Assembly (NCBI RefSeq): GCF_003704095.1 | Contig: NW_020843958.1 | Coordinates: 62,001 to 126,000, forward strand | Source: Pocillopora damicornis | Lineage: Eukaryota | Direction: 5' to 3' | Length of the DNA stretch: 64,000 nucleotides | Shown: piece after piece, positions 48,095 through 60,483 of the stretch | Numbering within the stretch: position 1 is the stretch's first letter | Layout of the letters: every line of letters begins with the position of its first letter | Made by a program: the position numbers and the translations under genes | The notes under the pieces: generated by a model | What the model saw: only the letters and a program-made list of their open reading frames with translations | Databases searched by the model: none | What the model was told of the DNA's origin: nothing

Positions 48095-51000
48095 ATGACG
48101 GAAAAGAACAGAGTGGCGATATTAGAGTTGATGAAACAGCCTTCAAACAACACATGTGCGGATTGCGGAGCTCCAAGTAAGAATTTTAAGCTAAGGTCGT
48201 CATTCTACTTCGCCAGAGGGCCCACTCTGAAAATTTATTATGAATTTTCGTTTGGTTCCCTTCGAAACTTCCTGTAATGTTTTGTCGTGCAGATCCCGAA
48301 TGGTCATCGGCGTCAAAAGGGCTGTTCATTTGTATCACGTGCAGTGGAATTCATCGGAATTTAGGACCTCAGCTCTCTGTGGTCAAGAGTCTGAGGCTTG
48401 ATACTTGGACCGATGAAAAATTGAAGGTAAACTCGATATTAGTCGTGGTGTGTGCGACTTTCAGTGCGTCAAAGCGCTAAGATTCCTCTTAAAATCTTAC
48501 AATACCCCGTGTGTTCTCAGATATCACTGCTCTAAACCATCTTCTCCGATCATTTGACTTTATTAGTAAATTATGAAAAGGCTTAATTCAATTTTTTTGT
48601 CAGGTTTAGCCATGAGTTTCTGAAATCAACACTAACACATACATAGGATTTACGCCGAAAACCTGGAAAATACTCAGTTCGAATCTTTATCAACAAGGTC
48701 ACCACCTTGATTTTTTCGCTGTACTCCGCCTTAATTATCTCTGCCAGGAAAATCATCCATTGCATAAGCAGTGATGAGATATTTCAAAGAGTTTCCTATT
48801 CATTTCCTTGCTCAGCTGTAATTTATCAGAAATGTTTACAATGCAAAATTAACGTGACCATTTGTATTGATTACAGTTCAATTGACGTCTATAATTATCT
48901 TATTGAGTTTTCCGAAATAAATATTCAATATAACAGCTATTATGAACAACAAATAAATACAAAACGGTTGTGTTCAAATTCCATATTATGACTGGCACGA
49001 GAAGTCAACAGGAAACAAAGATAATCGTATAAGCTGTACTGTGACATTTGTTCTACGGACAAATATGTAGAAAATCTAAAAAATTATACGTATCAGAATT
49101 AATCAAGATAAAGAGAAAGGCCCAGAGTTGAACGGCAAAAATATTTTTTCATTTTATCTTAGAGCTAAGTGACTGCATAGTTTAGAATTAACATACTATT
49201 TATAGGATATAATTGTAACAAAGATATTTCTAGAAATAATTTACTAATGCCTGTTTCCTGAGGATTCTACATTTGTTTATAGCTTGTTAATTGTTTGTTG
49301 TGATTCAGTATTTTTTAAGGTTTAAAAACTTTCAATCCCATTTTATAGTTATTAATTATTATTATTTGTTTTGTATGATACACAAGAAAAATGTTGTTTA
49401 TGGTGATATCATGTAGGTGTATGTCCTCTTATAGATCATAACTAAGATCCAGCTAATTATATAAAATATTTTAATATGAAATATGAACATATTTGACATT
49501 TATCATTTTTTAACCCTATAACCCCTAAGAGTGAGTGGCATCTAATTTCTCCTTACAGTATCTGGGCTGAATCAAACATAATGGTTGGGAGAATAAAGGA
49601 AATGATCACAAACTAAAGAAGCTCTTGACTTGTCAAGCAAATTCTCCTTGTCAGCACATTAGTAAATGTGTTGATAACAACATAAAGAATATCAATATTG
49701 ATATTTGAAAGGAAATATATTCATATTACTGGGTCAAACTATTAGTAAGTCTACTTGTTCTCTTTTCTGTTTTCTTTTTTGAAACCCTTAAGCTGACTGC
49801 CAATTATTTATTTGACAAATACTTTCCTATTTTTAATTCTTGAAGTAACTATACACAATCCCCCAGTTAAAAAAATTGGAGAAATTGTCAACGGTTCGTC
49901 AACCAATAAAATTTAATCCTCATATATCTTCAGGTGTAGGAGTAATTTATCGCTTTTCATCTGAGATTTTCAATTGACTTCCTGGTATCACCTAGTCTCC
50001 TTTGCAGCCATTCATTTTTTGGATGTCACACAATTCTTTTGGAGGGAACATTGCTTGACATCCAAAGAATGGCTCCATAGGAGACTAGGTATCACCAGGT
50101 AGGCATTTATTGTAACAAAGCAAGTCTGCAGACTGATACTAAAACCAAAAATAACAACCAAACAACCAAACAACATGCCCAAAAAATTTTAACTGTAATT
50201 TAGTATTTTACATGTAAGGAAATCACCACAATTTATTTAAGTGGAGTGAAAAAGAAAAGAATTTTGCAACACAGTGACTGTCAACTGTTGTCTTAACCTT
50301 TTAACTCCCAAGATCTCATTATTAATTCTCTTTACTGTCTGTCAAGTGATTCTCATCATGTTAGTCTGGAGAATTTGGTTTTGGATTAATTAGTAATCCC
50401 ATAATTGATATTTTTCTTCATTCTCATCACTTGTAAGGAGAAATTCTGTCTTGGTCACTCATGGGGTTTAAAGGGTTAACTAAGACACTTTGGAAAATAA
50501 GATAAAAGGGAGCAGATTGAATAATTCAATAATGACATAATAGTAATTGAACAACCAGGCAATTTAAATGTGTTAGCTTGTTATCGAGTATACAGCAGAT
50601 CAGAAATTATTTTAATTATTTTCTTATACATTTATTGATGCATGTCTTTCAGATCAACTTTTTATGTACTGACATTTTTTAAGTTAACAATATTCTGTTT
50701 ACAAATAATTATAAATATTATCAGTCAGAGCACCAGTAATGTTTCAATAACGATCAAGCAGTCTTGGAATCTCGTTGATATTTGTCTGACATTGTCATGT
50801 AGAACTGAGTGGAGAGAGATATTGTACAGCAGGTAAATAAACTGTGGACCAGACGCCCTTGGTGTTAAGTCAAACAATTTCTTATAATAATCTTTTTTTC
50901 TTGCTCCTGTTGTTTTCTTTTCTTCTTCTTAGTTTATGGAAGAGCATGGTAATGCTAAGGGGAATGCTGTATGGGCCAAGAACGTCCCTCTTTGCTATCG

Positions 51001-54000
51001 GCGACCAAAGCCATCAGATGCACAGTAAGTACACTTTTTAATCAATGGTTAAGAATTACACACTTTTTTATTGTCAATACTTGGGGCTACATTAATACTA
51101 CAGTGAGTGAACAGATAATTGTTTAAGATTTTCAAATTGTTAACTCTTAACTCCCAGAAGTGATGAAGGTGTAACTTCCTCCTATAATATCCCCATATTA
51201 TTGAGCAAACAGGCAATGAGAACACTCAAACTTATCAGGTAGAAGCTGCTATCTTGATCTAGCATCAAGTTCTCATAACTAATTTACAAGGAAATGTGTA
51301 GCAGCTAGAGGAGAGAATTAACAATCAAATATTGGGAGTTTATGTGTTAAACCTGAAGGGTCTTCCTGTAAGAAGGATATTTGCAACTGGAGGTGCCTTA
51401 CTAGTAGTTGTGCATTCAATAAATGTGTGACTGTGAACTGTGAAACAGCTCAATTCAGTTGTAGGAGTCTTTTTGTGTTTTATGCTTTATGTAACATTGC
51501 TTTTTGTTGTTAACTTCAAAAGAAAATGCCAAGCAGCATGGTTTATTTGTTCTTAATTTATACCTGATATGGCATAGAAAATTTTGAAATGATTTCCCAT
51601 CATTTTCCTCTCCTCATTCATTTTCCTTTTTTTAATTTTGTGAAAATTCATAGTGTGCTCAGAGAGCAGTGGATAAGAGCAAAATATGAACGAACAGAGT
51701 TTATTGATGGTGCACCAGAGCCAAGTTATTTAACAGGTACAGTTAGAGGCTAGCTTTAGAAAACCCTGTAAATCAATCTGTCTGTGTGTGTGTGTACAAA
51801 TAACTTGTACACTGATGTACTCTCTTTTGTTGTGCTAGTAATTTTTTCTTAGTTTGTAAATTAATTTAAAATGAACTTTTTTTTTTCTCCTACTGATTTT
51901 GATTTAAAAATTGATAATTCATGTTTACTAATTGGCTTATTGTAATTTATGTTTCCAGGCTCGTTGAGAGGATATTTAAGAAAAAAAGGAAAAGAAGATA
52001 ACAGTTGGAACCTAAGACTTTTTGTTCTATCTGCAGCGGACAACTCACTTGCTTACTACATTAGAGATCAGGTATATAAGTTGTCATGCTTGGATATTGG
52101 AAAAATTGGGCAAGAATTTCTATTGCCTCTAAAACATGATATCTTTATCATAATTTATGGACAGAGATACTCTGACCAACATGTGACAATAACATTGTTG
52201 TCTTGGAATGTAGCTAAATGAAATTATGTAATTAACCCTTTAACTCCCAAGATCTGATTGTTAATTCTCCCCTGTAGCTGCTACATGTTTCCTTGTAAAT
52301 TAGTTATGAGAACTTAGTGCTAGATCAAGATAGCAGCATCTACCTGATAAGTTTGAATATTCTCATTACCTGTTTGCTGAAGAATGTATAGGTATTGTAA
52401 GGAGAAGTTTTATGTTGATCACTTCTGGGAGTTAAAGGGTTAAACTACTTTATGAGTTCATATGTGATTATCTTGTCACTCTAAATTTGTTTTAAGGATA
52501 GGGAACCAAAAAGTAATTTGAAAATCACTGAGATTAATGTCACCTTCGCGGAAGAAAGAACAAACAAGGAAAATAGTCTTCAGATAACATATGTTACAAA
52601 AGGACGGACAAGGAATTACTTTGTGTACTCTGAAAATGGCCAGGTATGTTTTGCAAAACATAACTTTATTTCCATTATTTAAAACTCATAATGACATGGT
52701 TTGTAGGCATCCTGACCTAGAAAGTCCTATAATTTCATTCTGACATTTTCCAGGACTGGAAAGTCCTGGACAAAGACTACAGGTCCTGGAAAGTCATGGA
52801 AATCTGCTCAACTCAAGCAGTAAAGCTTTTAGAATTTACATTATTTAAGAAATGTATGTAGACAGTAAGAAGAATTGATTTTGAAATCTTGGAAATGAAC
52901 GGGTTTAAGATGAAATCTGGAGTCCTGGAAAAATTGATCTGTGTCATAGAAAAAGTCTTTGAAATTTGTTTCTGAAAAAGGGTACAAACCTTGTGATTAT
53001 AGAGCAATAGAAAGCAGTATTAAATTTAAGAGGTTGAGATGATGCAGGTCAGCACTGTGGAGAGTAAGTGGGGAGAGGGTGGTAATTAAATTTGGGGGTG
53101 TGGTAATTGAGCAAAAAGGTAAGGAGTATTGGCATAATGTTCTCTTTTGCTTCAATAATTATTTTTAATTTTCTAGGAGGTTGTTCAATGGTACATGGCA
53201 ATCAGGAAAGCAAAACTTGATTTATTAGGATACAATGAATCTGATGTTGACCAAGAAAAGGTAAGGTAACCAACTAGCTAAGGTTTTCAAAAACCCTTCA
53301 TACACCTATAATTTATAATAATATACTGACAGTAATACTTTATTTATATTACGCTGTTTCTATTGCTATCCAATAGCACTTTAAAATTTCTCAAATAAGC
53401 ATAAAGTGCTTGAAAATCCCAACTGGCAGGAGACAGACCAGTTGGCTATTTACACAGCGCAGCTGGAGAGTTGAACTTGTGGCGACGGAAAGCAAATCCA
53501 GTGAGGGGCAGGGTGGAGGACCACTAAATTACAAGTCTAGTGCCCTAACTGCACAGCCATGCCACCTCCTCTTCTGACTCTAAGGCTGACAATTTTGTCA
53601 CCATAGTAACTACTATTAAGAAGCCAAGAAGGAACGAACCAAAAACTTTTGGTTGATGAAACATAGTTGCGATAAAAGAAGAACAGTTTTTTTGTGATCA
53701 TTTGACCATTGTGGAACCTGTAAAGGAATCTGATTACAAATTAAATATTTGAAGTAAATCCTATTTGAACCTGTGGATTGAATAATAACTGTCATGTCTC
53801 TCATTTCTGTTTTGTTCTTTAGTTAGAGAATGAACTCACCAGGGACTTCATTATGCAAGGATTTTTGTTTAAGAGAGGACCAAGGGTAAGAGTGGAGCGA
53901 GTCATTAAATTTTGGGATTAATATCAGTATCTGGNNNNNNNNNNNNNNNNNNNNNNNNNNNNNNNNNNNNNNNNNNNNNNNNNNNNNNNNNNNNNNNNNN

Positions 54001-54863
54001 NNNNNNNNNNNNNNNNNNNNNNNNNNNNNNNNNNACACTGAAGGCTTTGCTCTCCAAGAGGGAGTCAAGTCAGGAAGGCATCAGGACGAGGACTACTGCT
54101 TCACTCTTACAACTCCTAAACGGGATTTTGTTATGATGGCGAATACTGAAAATGAAAGAAGAATGTGGATGGACTGTTTATCAAAAGTCATTTCGCAACC
54201 CATGACGGATGAAGACAAAGAAGGTTGGAGTAATTTTCATGTATTTTGCGATAGATCGAGTAAGGAAGCAGGGAGCTTAAAGACTTCGATTTTATATGGT
54301 GTAATTTCCCTAAGAGGACATTAGCACGCTAACAAACGGATATGTTTTAGGTTGGTTCCTCTGCCCTTTATCAAGACAAATTTTTAGAAACATCGCACGA
54401 ATATTACTCAGATCGTGGAAGAAAAAAAAAACTTTTTGTCTGATTTATTTATTTTCTCAGGAAGTTTACAGGCAAGACTTTGACTTGATGTTGTTGACAC
54501 TATTTTCAAACGTGTTGAATCCGGGTTATTCAGTACATGTCTCCCTCTACAGGTTTCCACGAACAGAATGCTGTAATGGGACAACCTCATAAAACGCGTG
54601 CTAATTACGGGAAAAAAAGGAAATTTGAGAATTGTTTAACGTTGTCTCCAGGGTCCCTCTTTTTTCCATCTCCTCACCCCCTCTGAGGTTGCTATCAGGC
54701 CCCTTCCTGTAGACTATACTGACAACTTTAATCATACACTCACGTCATCTAATTTTTAGAAATGAAAACCACACTCAAAGCAATGAAAGATTCCAAGAAA
54801 AAGAGCTTCAGTAGACTGCGAAGCCTGTCAATGTCCAAAAATCAGGATGAGGATTCGCCTTAA
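48095..54863 (+). CDS. ADAP1: ArfGAP with dual PH domains (centaurin-alpha, ADAP1/2-like)
   Basis: Exons: 48095-48176, 48293-48426, 50933-51024, 51654-51736, 51959-52071, 52497-52643, 53177-53260, 53823-53885, [gap], ..54035-54223, 54760-54863. ArfGAP: CADCGAPNPEW..CITCSGIHRNLG..VKSLRLDTW..REQWIRAKYER. PH1: GYLRKKGKEDNSWNLRLFVL..RTRNYFVY..WYMAIR. PH2: LTRDFIMQGFLFKRGP..FTLTTPKRDF..ERRMWM. Part of PH2 lies in the gap. Confidence 0.9.
49993..50087. mobile_element. 95-bp MITE with 9-bp target-site duplication
   Basis: Termini TAGTCTCCT..AGGAGACTA, flanked by GGTATCACC at 49984-49992 and 50088-50096. Confidence 0.8.
50293..50479. mobile_element. piggyBac-type MITE
   Basis: TTAACCTTTTAACTCCCAAGATC .. 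GGGGTTTAAAGGGTTAA. Confidence 0.75.
51140..51350. mobile_element. piggyBac-type MITE, inverted relative to 52232-52443
   Basis: TTAACTCTTAACTCCCAGAAGTGAT .. GGGAGTTTATGTGTTAA; the interior is the reverse complement of the 52232 copy. Confidence 0.75.
52232..52443. mobile_element. piggyBac-type MITE (212 bp)
   Basis: TTAACCCTTTAACTCCCA .. TGGGAGTTAAAGGGTTAA; same length and similar interior to 40554-40765. Confidence 0.85.
52696..52993. mobile_element. Degenerate MITE with subterminal GAAAGTCCTGGA repeats (hAT-like)
   Basis: Ends CATGGTTTGTA .. GTACAAACCTTG; repeated GAAAGTCCTGGA / GAAAGTCATGGA. Confidence 0.45.
53410..53571 (-). mobile_element. tRNA-derived SINE
   Basis: Minus strand has a decayed tRNA-like head (GGTGGCATGGCTGTGCAGTTAGGGCACTAGACTTGTAAT) followed by core AATAGCCAACTGGTCTGTCTCCTGCCAGTTGGGATT. 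Confidence 0.7.
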
Positions 54864-55437
54864 ACAGGCAGTTGGACTTGAAACTACTTTAGTAAGCAGT
54901 GTAGTGGCAGGTCCCAAGACTACATTTATAGGAAAATTATCTACTTATAAGGGTGATCAGCGGTTTTTTATATTAGTGCCATAGATTAACCAGGATAGCG
55001 TCTGTGGTTTAGGTTAATGTTTAAAAAAAACAAAACAAAACAAGAAAAAAAAGGAAAATTGAGAATTGTCTAACATTGTCTCCAGGGTCCCTCTTTTCCC
55101 CATCTCCCTGCCCCCTCTGAGGTTGCTATCAGGCTCCTTTCTATAGACTATACAGACAACATTAATCATACACTCACGTCGTCTAATTTTAGAAATGAAA
55201 ATCACCCTCAAAGCAATGAGAGATTCCAAGAAAAGGAACTTCGTTGGACTGCGAAGGCTGTCATTGTCCAAAAATCATGATGAGGACTCGCCTTAAATAG
55301 GCTGTTGGACTTGAAACTACTTTAATAAGCAGTGTAGTGGCAGGTTCCAAGACTACATTTATATGAAAATTATGTACCTATTAATGGAGATCAGCGGTTT
55401 TTTATATCAGTGCCATAGGTTAACCAGGATGGCGTCT
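54617..55437 (+). repeat. Tandem duplication (period about 433 bp) of the ADAP terminal exon with flanks
   Basis: About 54617-55003 is repeated at about 55051-55437 with scattered substitutions. Confidence 0.92.
55193..55296 (+). CDS. Alternative terminal coding exon of the ADAP gene (duplicate)
   Basis: Intact acceptor CTAATTTTAG|AA and the same 104-nt length and phase as copy 1. Encodes EMKITLKAMRDSKKRNFVGLRRLSLSKNHDEDSP* versus EMKTTLKAMKDSKKKSFSRLRSLSMSKNQDEDSP*. Confidence 0.6.
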
Positions 55438-57148
55438 GGCCAATCACAATCCAATAAAAACAAATCAGCTTAAACCAGACAGAAATCGCGGCTAAAACGT
55501 GTAACCGGCATTGAGAACGGAAAAAAGCACCAAGAAAAAGCGCCTAGCAGAAAAAAAAAACAATTCGTAAAGATAATCATATACGTACTGCGAAATCGAA
55601 TAATTTATTTGACACTGAATAGAAAACCTCTCTCGGAGATAAATTGATATAGGGGGATTTTGAAGGAAGCGAAAGGGCGCAGTTATTCGAAAAAAGAAGA
55701 ATGTGATATTTTTATTTTTGGCTAAATTAGGCATTTATTTAGGCTATATTTTTTCATAAGGAAGAGTCCTGTTAATGTTCTCAGTTTCTTGGTATCCATA
55801 ATCATTGCTTGTATATTGAGTATGCGTCATTTTTTAATTAGGAGTATTTTGCAAAAACTACATTTGCTTGAAAACCATTAAAGAGTATTAATGGTTAATA
55901 GCTTGCAGATCATGATCATAATACTTGTAGATGTATTTACATTATTATTCGTGAGAATTCGTCATTCTGAAGATAAGCGTCAGCAATGTAACGTAAGTGT
56001 TATTTTGATGGCTGCGCAAGGACTCATTCCCAGCGGTGTTTGTGATGTGAGCCCGTGGTTAGACGAGTTTCAGCTATTTTACACACTTGCTTTAGAAATC
56101 ACAGCGGTCAAAAGTCTGCGCTATTGCGGACGTTTAGACTGCTAATACGCAGTTAGAATTTCGGCTCAGCTTGGTGGTTTCAGGCAGCTAATAATTAATT
56201 TTTTTGGTAGAGTTCAGACAAGATGGTAAACCGACAGAAAACCCTTGATAAGATGTACTCTGTGTTCAAGAAGACGTAAGGTTTCTTTCCCCCAAATTCG
56301 CTACTGCAGTTTTCTTTCACAGATTCGAACATTTCAGGTACTTTTTTGCTTGGAACATGTGGATTTTTCTGTTTTCCCTTAAAATTTTGCGCAGGAAATG
56401 AGCGCACGGCTGGCTACGATTTATTCATTGCGCATGCCGAACGTTTGACCGCTGTGTTGCTGTATGATTCCATGGGCTCGATAAACAGCCGCTAGTCGGG
56501 AATGAGCCCAGGCTCCTCTTAAGACTGAACTATAGAGAGTGGCGAAGATCAACTCTGTTCTTAAACACACATGCTTTATTTTAGTTTTTGATATCCAGAT
56601 AGCAGTGTAAATATTATTTTTCATTTATGCTTGGTGTTGAATAAAATTCTTGCAATTGAACAAATGCGAAGGGATCGCATTGCTATATGGATCAGTTTGA
56701 TACTCAACTTATATTACTAAGTATAATTCTAATGATATTAATAGGATAAAAGAAATCGAATTAGATTATAAGTAGCAAAGTGCCGTGCACTCTTTAGTAT
56801 ATTCTTGATTGTAATAATAAGTATTCTTTATATAAGATAAATTTATATAAAACTTACCTGTACTTACTTATCAAGCAGTTTGTAAAGAATAAAACTAATC
56901 AGCTGTTGGCTCTTTGTTGTATTTCCGCGACTCTGATTGGTTATTGTGGATTTGGTATTACAACGCACGGCATGTTAAAAATATGATTTTTTTCCCGGTC
57001 GGGGGAAGGGGGAAGGGTTGAAACTCTTCTTCATATGGCACAACTGGGTATGGTTTTGAACAGGGTTTCTTTATGTACAGTAAGCTTTGAGCAGATTGTT
57101 GGATTGGCGTTACCCACTTTTGAGTGAAAGAACTAGAAGGATGTTATT

Positions 57149-57231
57149 CGCCCTGACGAAGGGCTGACGCTTGCAACGTCGGCTTTGTAACTCCTTACGG
57201 TGGCCAATTTACATTATCAAACTAAATTATC
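57149..57231 (+). mobile_element. Single-arm relic of the hammerhead element
   Basis: CCCTGACGAAGGGCTGACGCTTGCAACGTCGGC..TTACGGTGGCCAATTTAC (GAAA mutated to GCAA). Confidence 0.7.
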
Positions 57232-58081
57232 ATATCGAGCAGTAGTCAGCTGGATTGGATTCAGAGCATGCAGTGTGACATCCCAACCTCACTTTGCATC
57301 AAAAGATCCGTAATCAGGAATTAACAATCTCAGAAAAAAAATCCACAGCCCCATAGTCCTTCCGTATACTATACAAAGCGAGCAATTTACTTACTTACAG
57401 GGGAGGGGAAAGTTTCACCATCCTCGTCCCCATTCTCTACGCTTCATAAACCCATTCGAAACTCGTGTGACAACAGTGCAGTTTTTCAAAGAGGATTGTG
57501 TTGGAACACAGCTCAGTTTTCTACAAGGTAAATTCCTCACTTATGAAATGATTGGATTTTTTATCGATGATTTTCTGTACCTCAAACTTAAGGCTCTTCG
57601 TTCAACATTAGTTCTGTAAACTTGCTTGTGACTCTCAGCACGTGTCCTCTTCCACGCCGCATCTAAAGCTTTTCATTTCTGTCATTACAAAATCTCGCTT
57701 TCTTATTATTTGCTTGCCGTAAGAAAATTTCGGAAAAAAAAATTGAACGGTAAGGATATTGCCTTTAACAACTGCAAAGGAAGGAATGGTCACGGGTTAC
57801 TTCATTTGTTGTCAGTGATAATAAGTTCATGTTGTCGATTAAATGTACTAGTCGTACGACTCCAGTGGCCTATTTCCTTATCAAAGCATACCCAGGACTC
57901 TGTTGTATGAAGCGACTAGGATTACTGTTACTCCCTTAGGATGCAATACTACCCTGAATTGGTATTGAATGAATGCTCTGCCTCAGTGAAACCCCATTCC
58001 CCTTCTTAACAAACCCTCCTTTGTAATAAGCCTCCCCTCTCTCCTTGTCAATAGTCCCCCCTCTGATTAGACCCCTCTACA

Positions 58082-58245
58082 AGAGGTTCTCAGAGGGGTG
58101 ATACCTTTTACCGTTAATGGTTAAAATTTTGACCATTTTACCCTCAATGATTAACTTCCTTCTTTTGTGTTTAAAAGAAAAGTTTTTTGATGGCTGATTT
58201 TTTTGGTCATTTTACATCTAACAATTAACCCCATTGAGACCCTCC
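58082..58245. mobile_element. Short MITE
   Basis: Imperfect inverted ends GAGGTTCTCAGAGGGG .. CCCCATTGAGACCCTC. Confidence 0.4.
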
Positions 58246-58903
58246 TTCAACTGCATTCCATTTGATGGCTCTAGAAGTTAAAAACCTACACGGGGTTATA
58301 AGAGCAAACATGATAACCCCTCAGAGCTTCATCATGTCTTCAGGAAAGTTGGCTGGTTCCAATTCATACACCTTGAGGGAAGGAGAAACTGTGAGAGTGA
58401 ACTGAAAAAGATGAATAAATGCCCCATGTAGATATTGTCCATGGTATAATCTACAGACAGCTGTTTGCCATTGGTGTGTCAGTTCAAAAAAAGAGTAAAT
58501 TTATGATCATAAACACATATCCCTTGATTTAAGTTAGAGGCTAATCTGGTACACTCCAGAGGAAAAATGTGTGCTATCCTCCCACTAATAGTACAGGTAA
58601 CCCAAAAGAAAGGACAGGGTGGAATGGGTAACTTTCAATGGACTATCATCCCCTCAGGGGAGGGGGAATAGCTTTCTTCTCAGTTGCTTTAGTTTTGAAA
58701 AATAAATAAGCTCTGGTAACTAGATATGAAAAAGCTGGGCTTGTGAGACTCTACCTTTTTATATGTACCTAGTTACTATCTACAAACTCTTTGAGTTTCT
58801 TGTGCAATAACATACTTTCTGGTTTTAAGTTTGCTATATTTGACCTGTCACAAAGATGAAAGTTTGTTATACTTACTTTTTCTGTTGTAGGGGCAGCAAT
58901 TTC

Positions 58904-59973
58904 ATGAGTGAACTGGCCATAAAAGCTGAAGGCAGGTGTCTAGAGGAAGATGAAGACAAACCAGGAGAGAGAGAGGAGAAAAAGCTTAAGAAAAAGAAGA
59001 GGAAATCGAAGGGGGAAGACCAAATATCCGAAATGAAAACTGAAGGTGAAGTATCAAAGAAGGAATCAAAACATAATTTAAAGGAAGATAAAGCTGAAGA
59101 AAGAGATGATGGAATGAAAAAGAAAAAGAAGAAGAAATCAAAAGAGGACGAGGAAATCTCCAAAACAAAAGGTGAAGGAGAAGGGTTGAAATGCAATTTA
59201 GAGGAAGGCAAAGAGGAAGAAATAGAAAAGAGAAAATACAAGGAAAAGAAGAGGAAATCAAAAGAGAAGGAAAAAGTCTGTAAAATAAAAGGTGAAAGTG
59301 AAGTCTCGGATGAGGAGTCAAAAGACCATGTAACTGAGAAAGAGAAAGGTAAAGAAAGGAAAGAGAGAAAAAACAAGGAAAAGAAAAAGAAATCTAACGG
59401 GGAGGAGAAAGTCTCCAAAGCAAGAGCTGAAAGCAAGGTCTTAAATGCAGTGTTGATAGGTAACTCAGAGGAAGATAAAGGCGAAGAAAGAGAAGAGAGA
59501 AGACACAAGGAAAAGAAGAAAAAATTAAAAGGAGAAGGGAATAGCTCAGAAATTAAAGCTGAAAGCAAAGTCTTAGATTCAGTGTCAAAACACATTAAAG
59601 AAGATGATGAAACTGATGAAAAGGAAGAGGGAAACCATGAGAGAAAGAAAAAGATATCAAAAGGAGAAGAAGAAATCTCAGAAACAAAAGTTGATTGCAA
59701 AATCTCAGTTGAAGAGTCAAAACACCTTTTAGACAGGGGTGATAAAGCTGAAGAAATGGAAGAAGGAAAAAACAAGAAAAAGAAGAAGTTGAAATCAAAA
59801 GGGAAAGAGGGAATTTCCGAGTCAAAATTTGCAAGCGAAGGCTCAAAAGGCAACGTAGAGGAGGATAATACTGAAGAAAGAAAAAAACCCAAGCGAAAAA
59901 AGGAGAAATTAGTGGCAGTAGAAATGGATCTCGAAAAGGAAGAATCAAAACTAGATACCAATGATGTGGATAT
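58904..59973 (+). CDS. Large Lys/Glu-rich repetitive exon (nucleolar-type low-complexity protein, possibly KNOP1-like), truncated by gap
   Basis: Acceptor at 58890, ATG at 58904, open for more than 350 codons up to the N gap. Recurrent units of KKKKKSKGEEEISETK..ESK..EEDKAEE. A possible untranslated exon ends at donor CAAG|GTAAAT near 57527. Confidence 0.7.
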
Positions 59974-60261
59974 NNNNNNNNNNNNNNNNNNNNNNNNNNN
60001 NNNNNNNNNNNNNNNNNNNNNNNNNNNNNNNNNNNNNNNNNNNNNNNNNNNNNNNNNNNNNNNNNNNNNNNNNATCCTCTCAACAATTTTCAACAATATT
60101 CACTTCGCATTTGGCAAATAATTGTGCACTATTCTGTTTTGCAGTTGATTCTTTGTTGCATGCCCTTAAAAAAAATTATCATGAACATTGAGACCATTGC
60201 ATTTTCTCCTATCTTTGGTAGTCACTGAACTTTGCATTTATTTGATTGTTCTCTGTCCTAG

Positions 60262-60483
60262 GGATCAAAGGCGCTGTTATTGCACTCACTAATCCCACCG
60301 AATACAAAAGACATAAATGTGCAGAATAGGACTCCAGATAATTCTGGGATTCCCAAAACCAAAAAACGTAAGCACATGTCAGCTCTTGAGCAAGAAAAAG
60401 CTGACAAGGAGAGAGAACGTGCCATCATGGCCTACAGGATGATACGGAAACAACATCTTCAAGAAAAGGAAGAAATCTTGTGA
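60262..60483 (+). CDS. CCDC137: Coiled-coil domain-containing protein 137, terminal exon
   Basis: Acceptor GTCCTAG| then GSKALLLHSLI..SALEQEKADKERERAIMAYRMIRKQ*, resembling the recalled human CCDC137 C-terminus (EEERERAVQAYRALK). Confidence 0.7.
   Translation, partial: GSKALLLHSLIPPNTKDINVQNRTPDNSGIPKTKKRKHMSALEQEKADKERERAIMAYRMIRKQHLQEKEEIL

Noticed and set aside
56005-56050. SECIS-like TGA..AA..GA hairpin
   Set aside because: Helix spacing too short and no upstream selenoprotein-like ORF.
58873-60096. 407-aa Ser/Phe-rich minus-strand ORF
   Set aside because: Mirror of the plus-strand Lys/Glu low-complexity exon, and it runs through an N gap.
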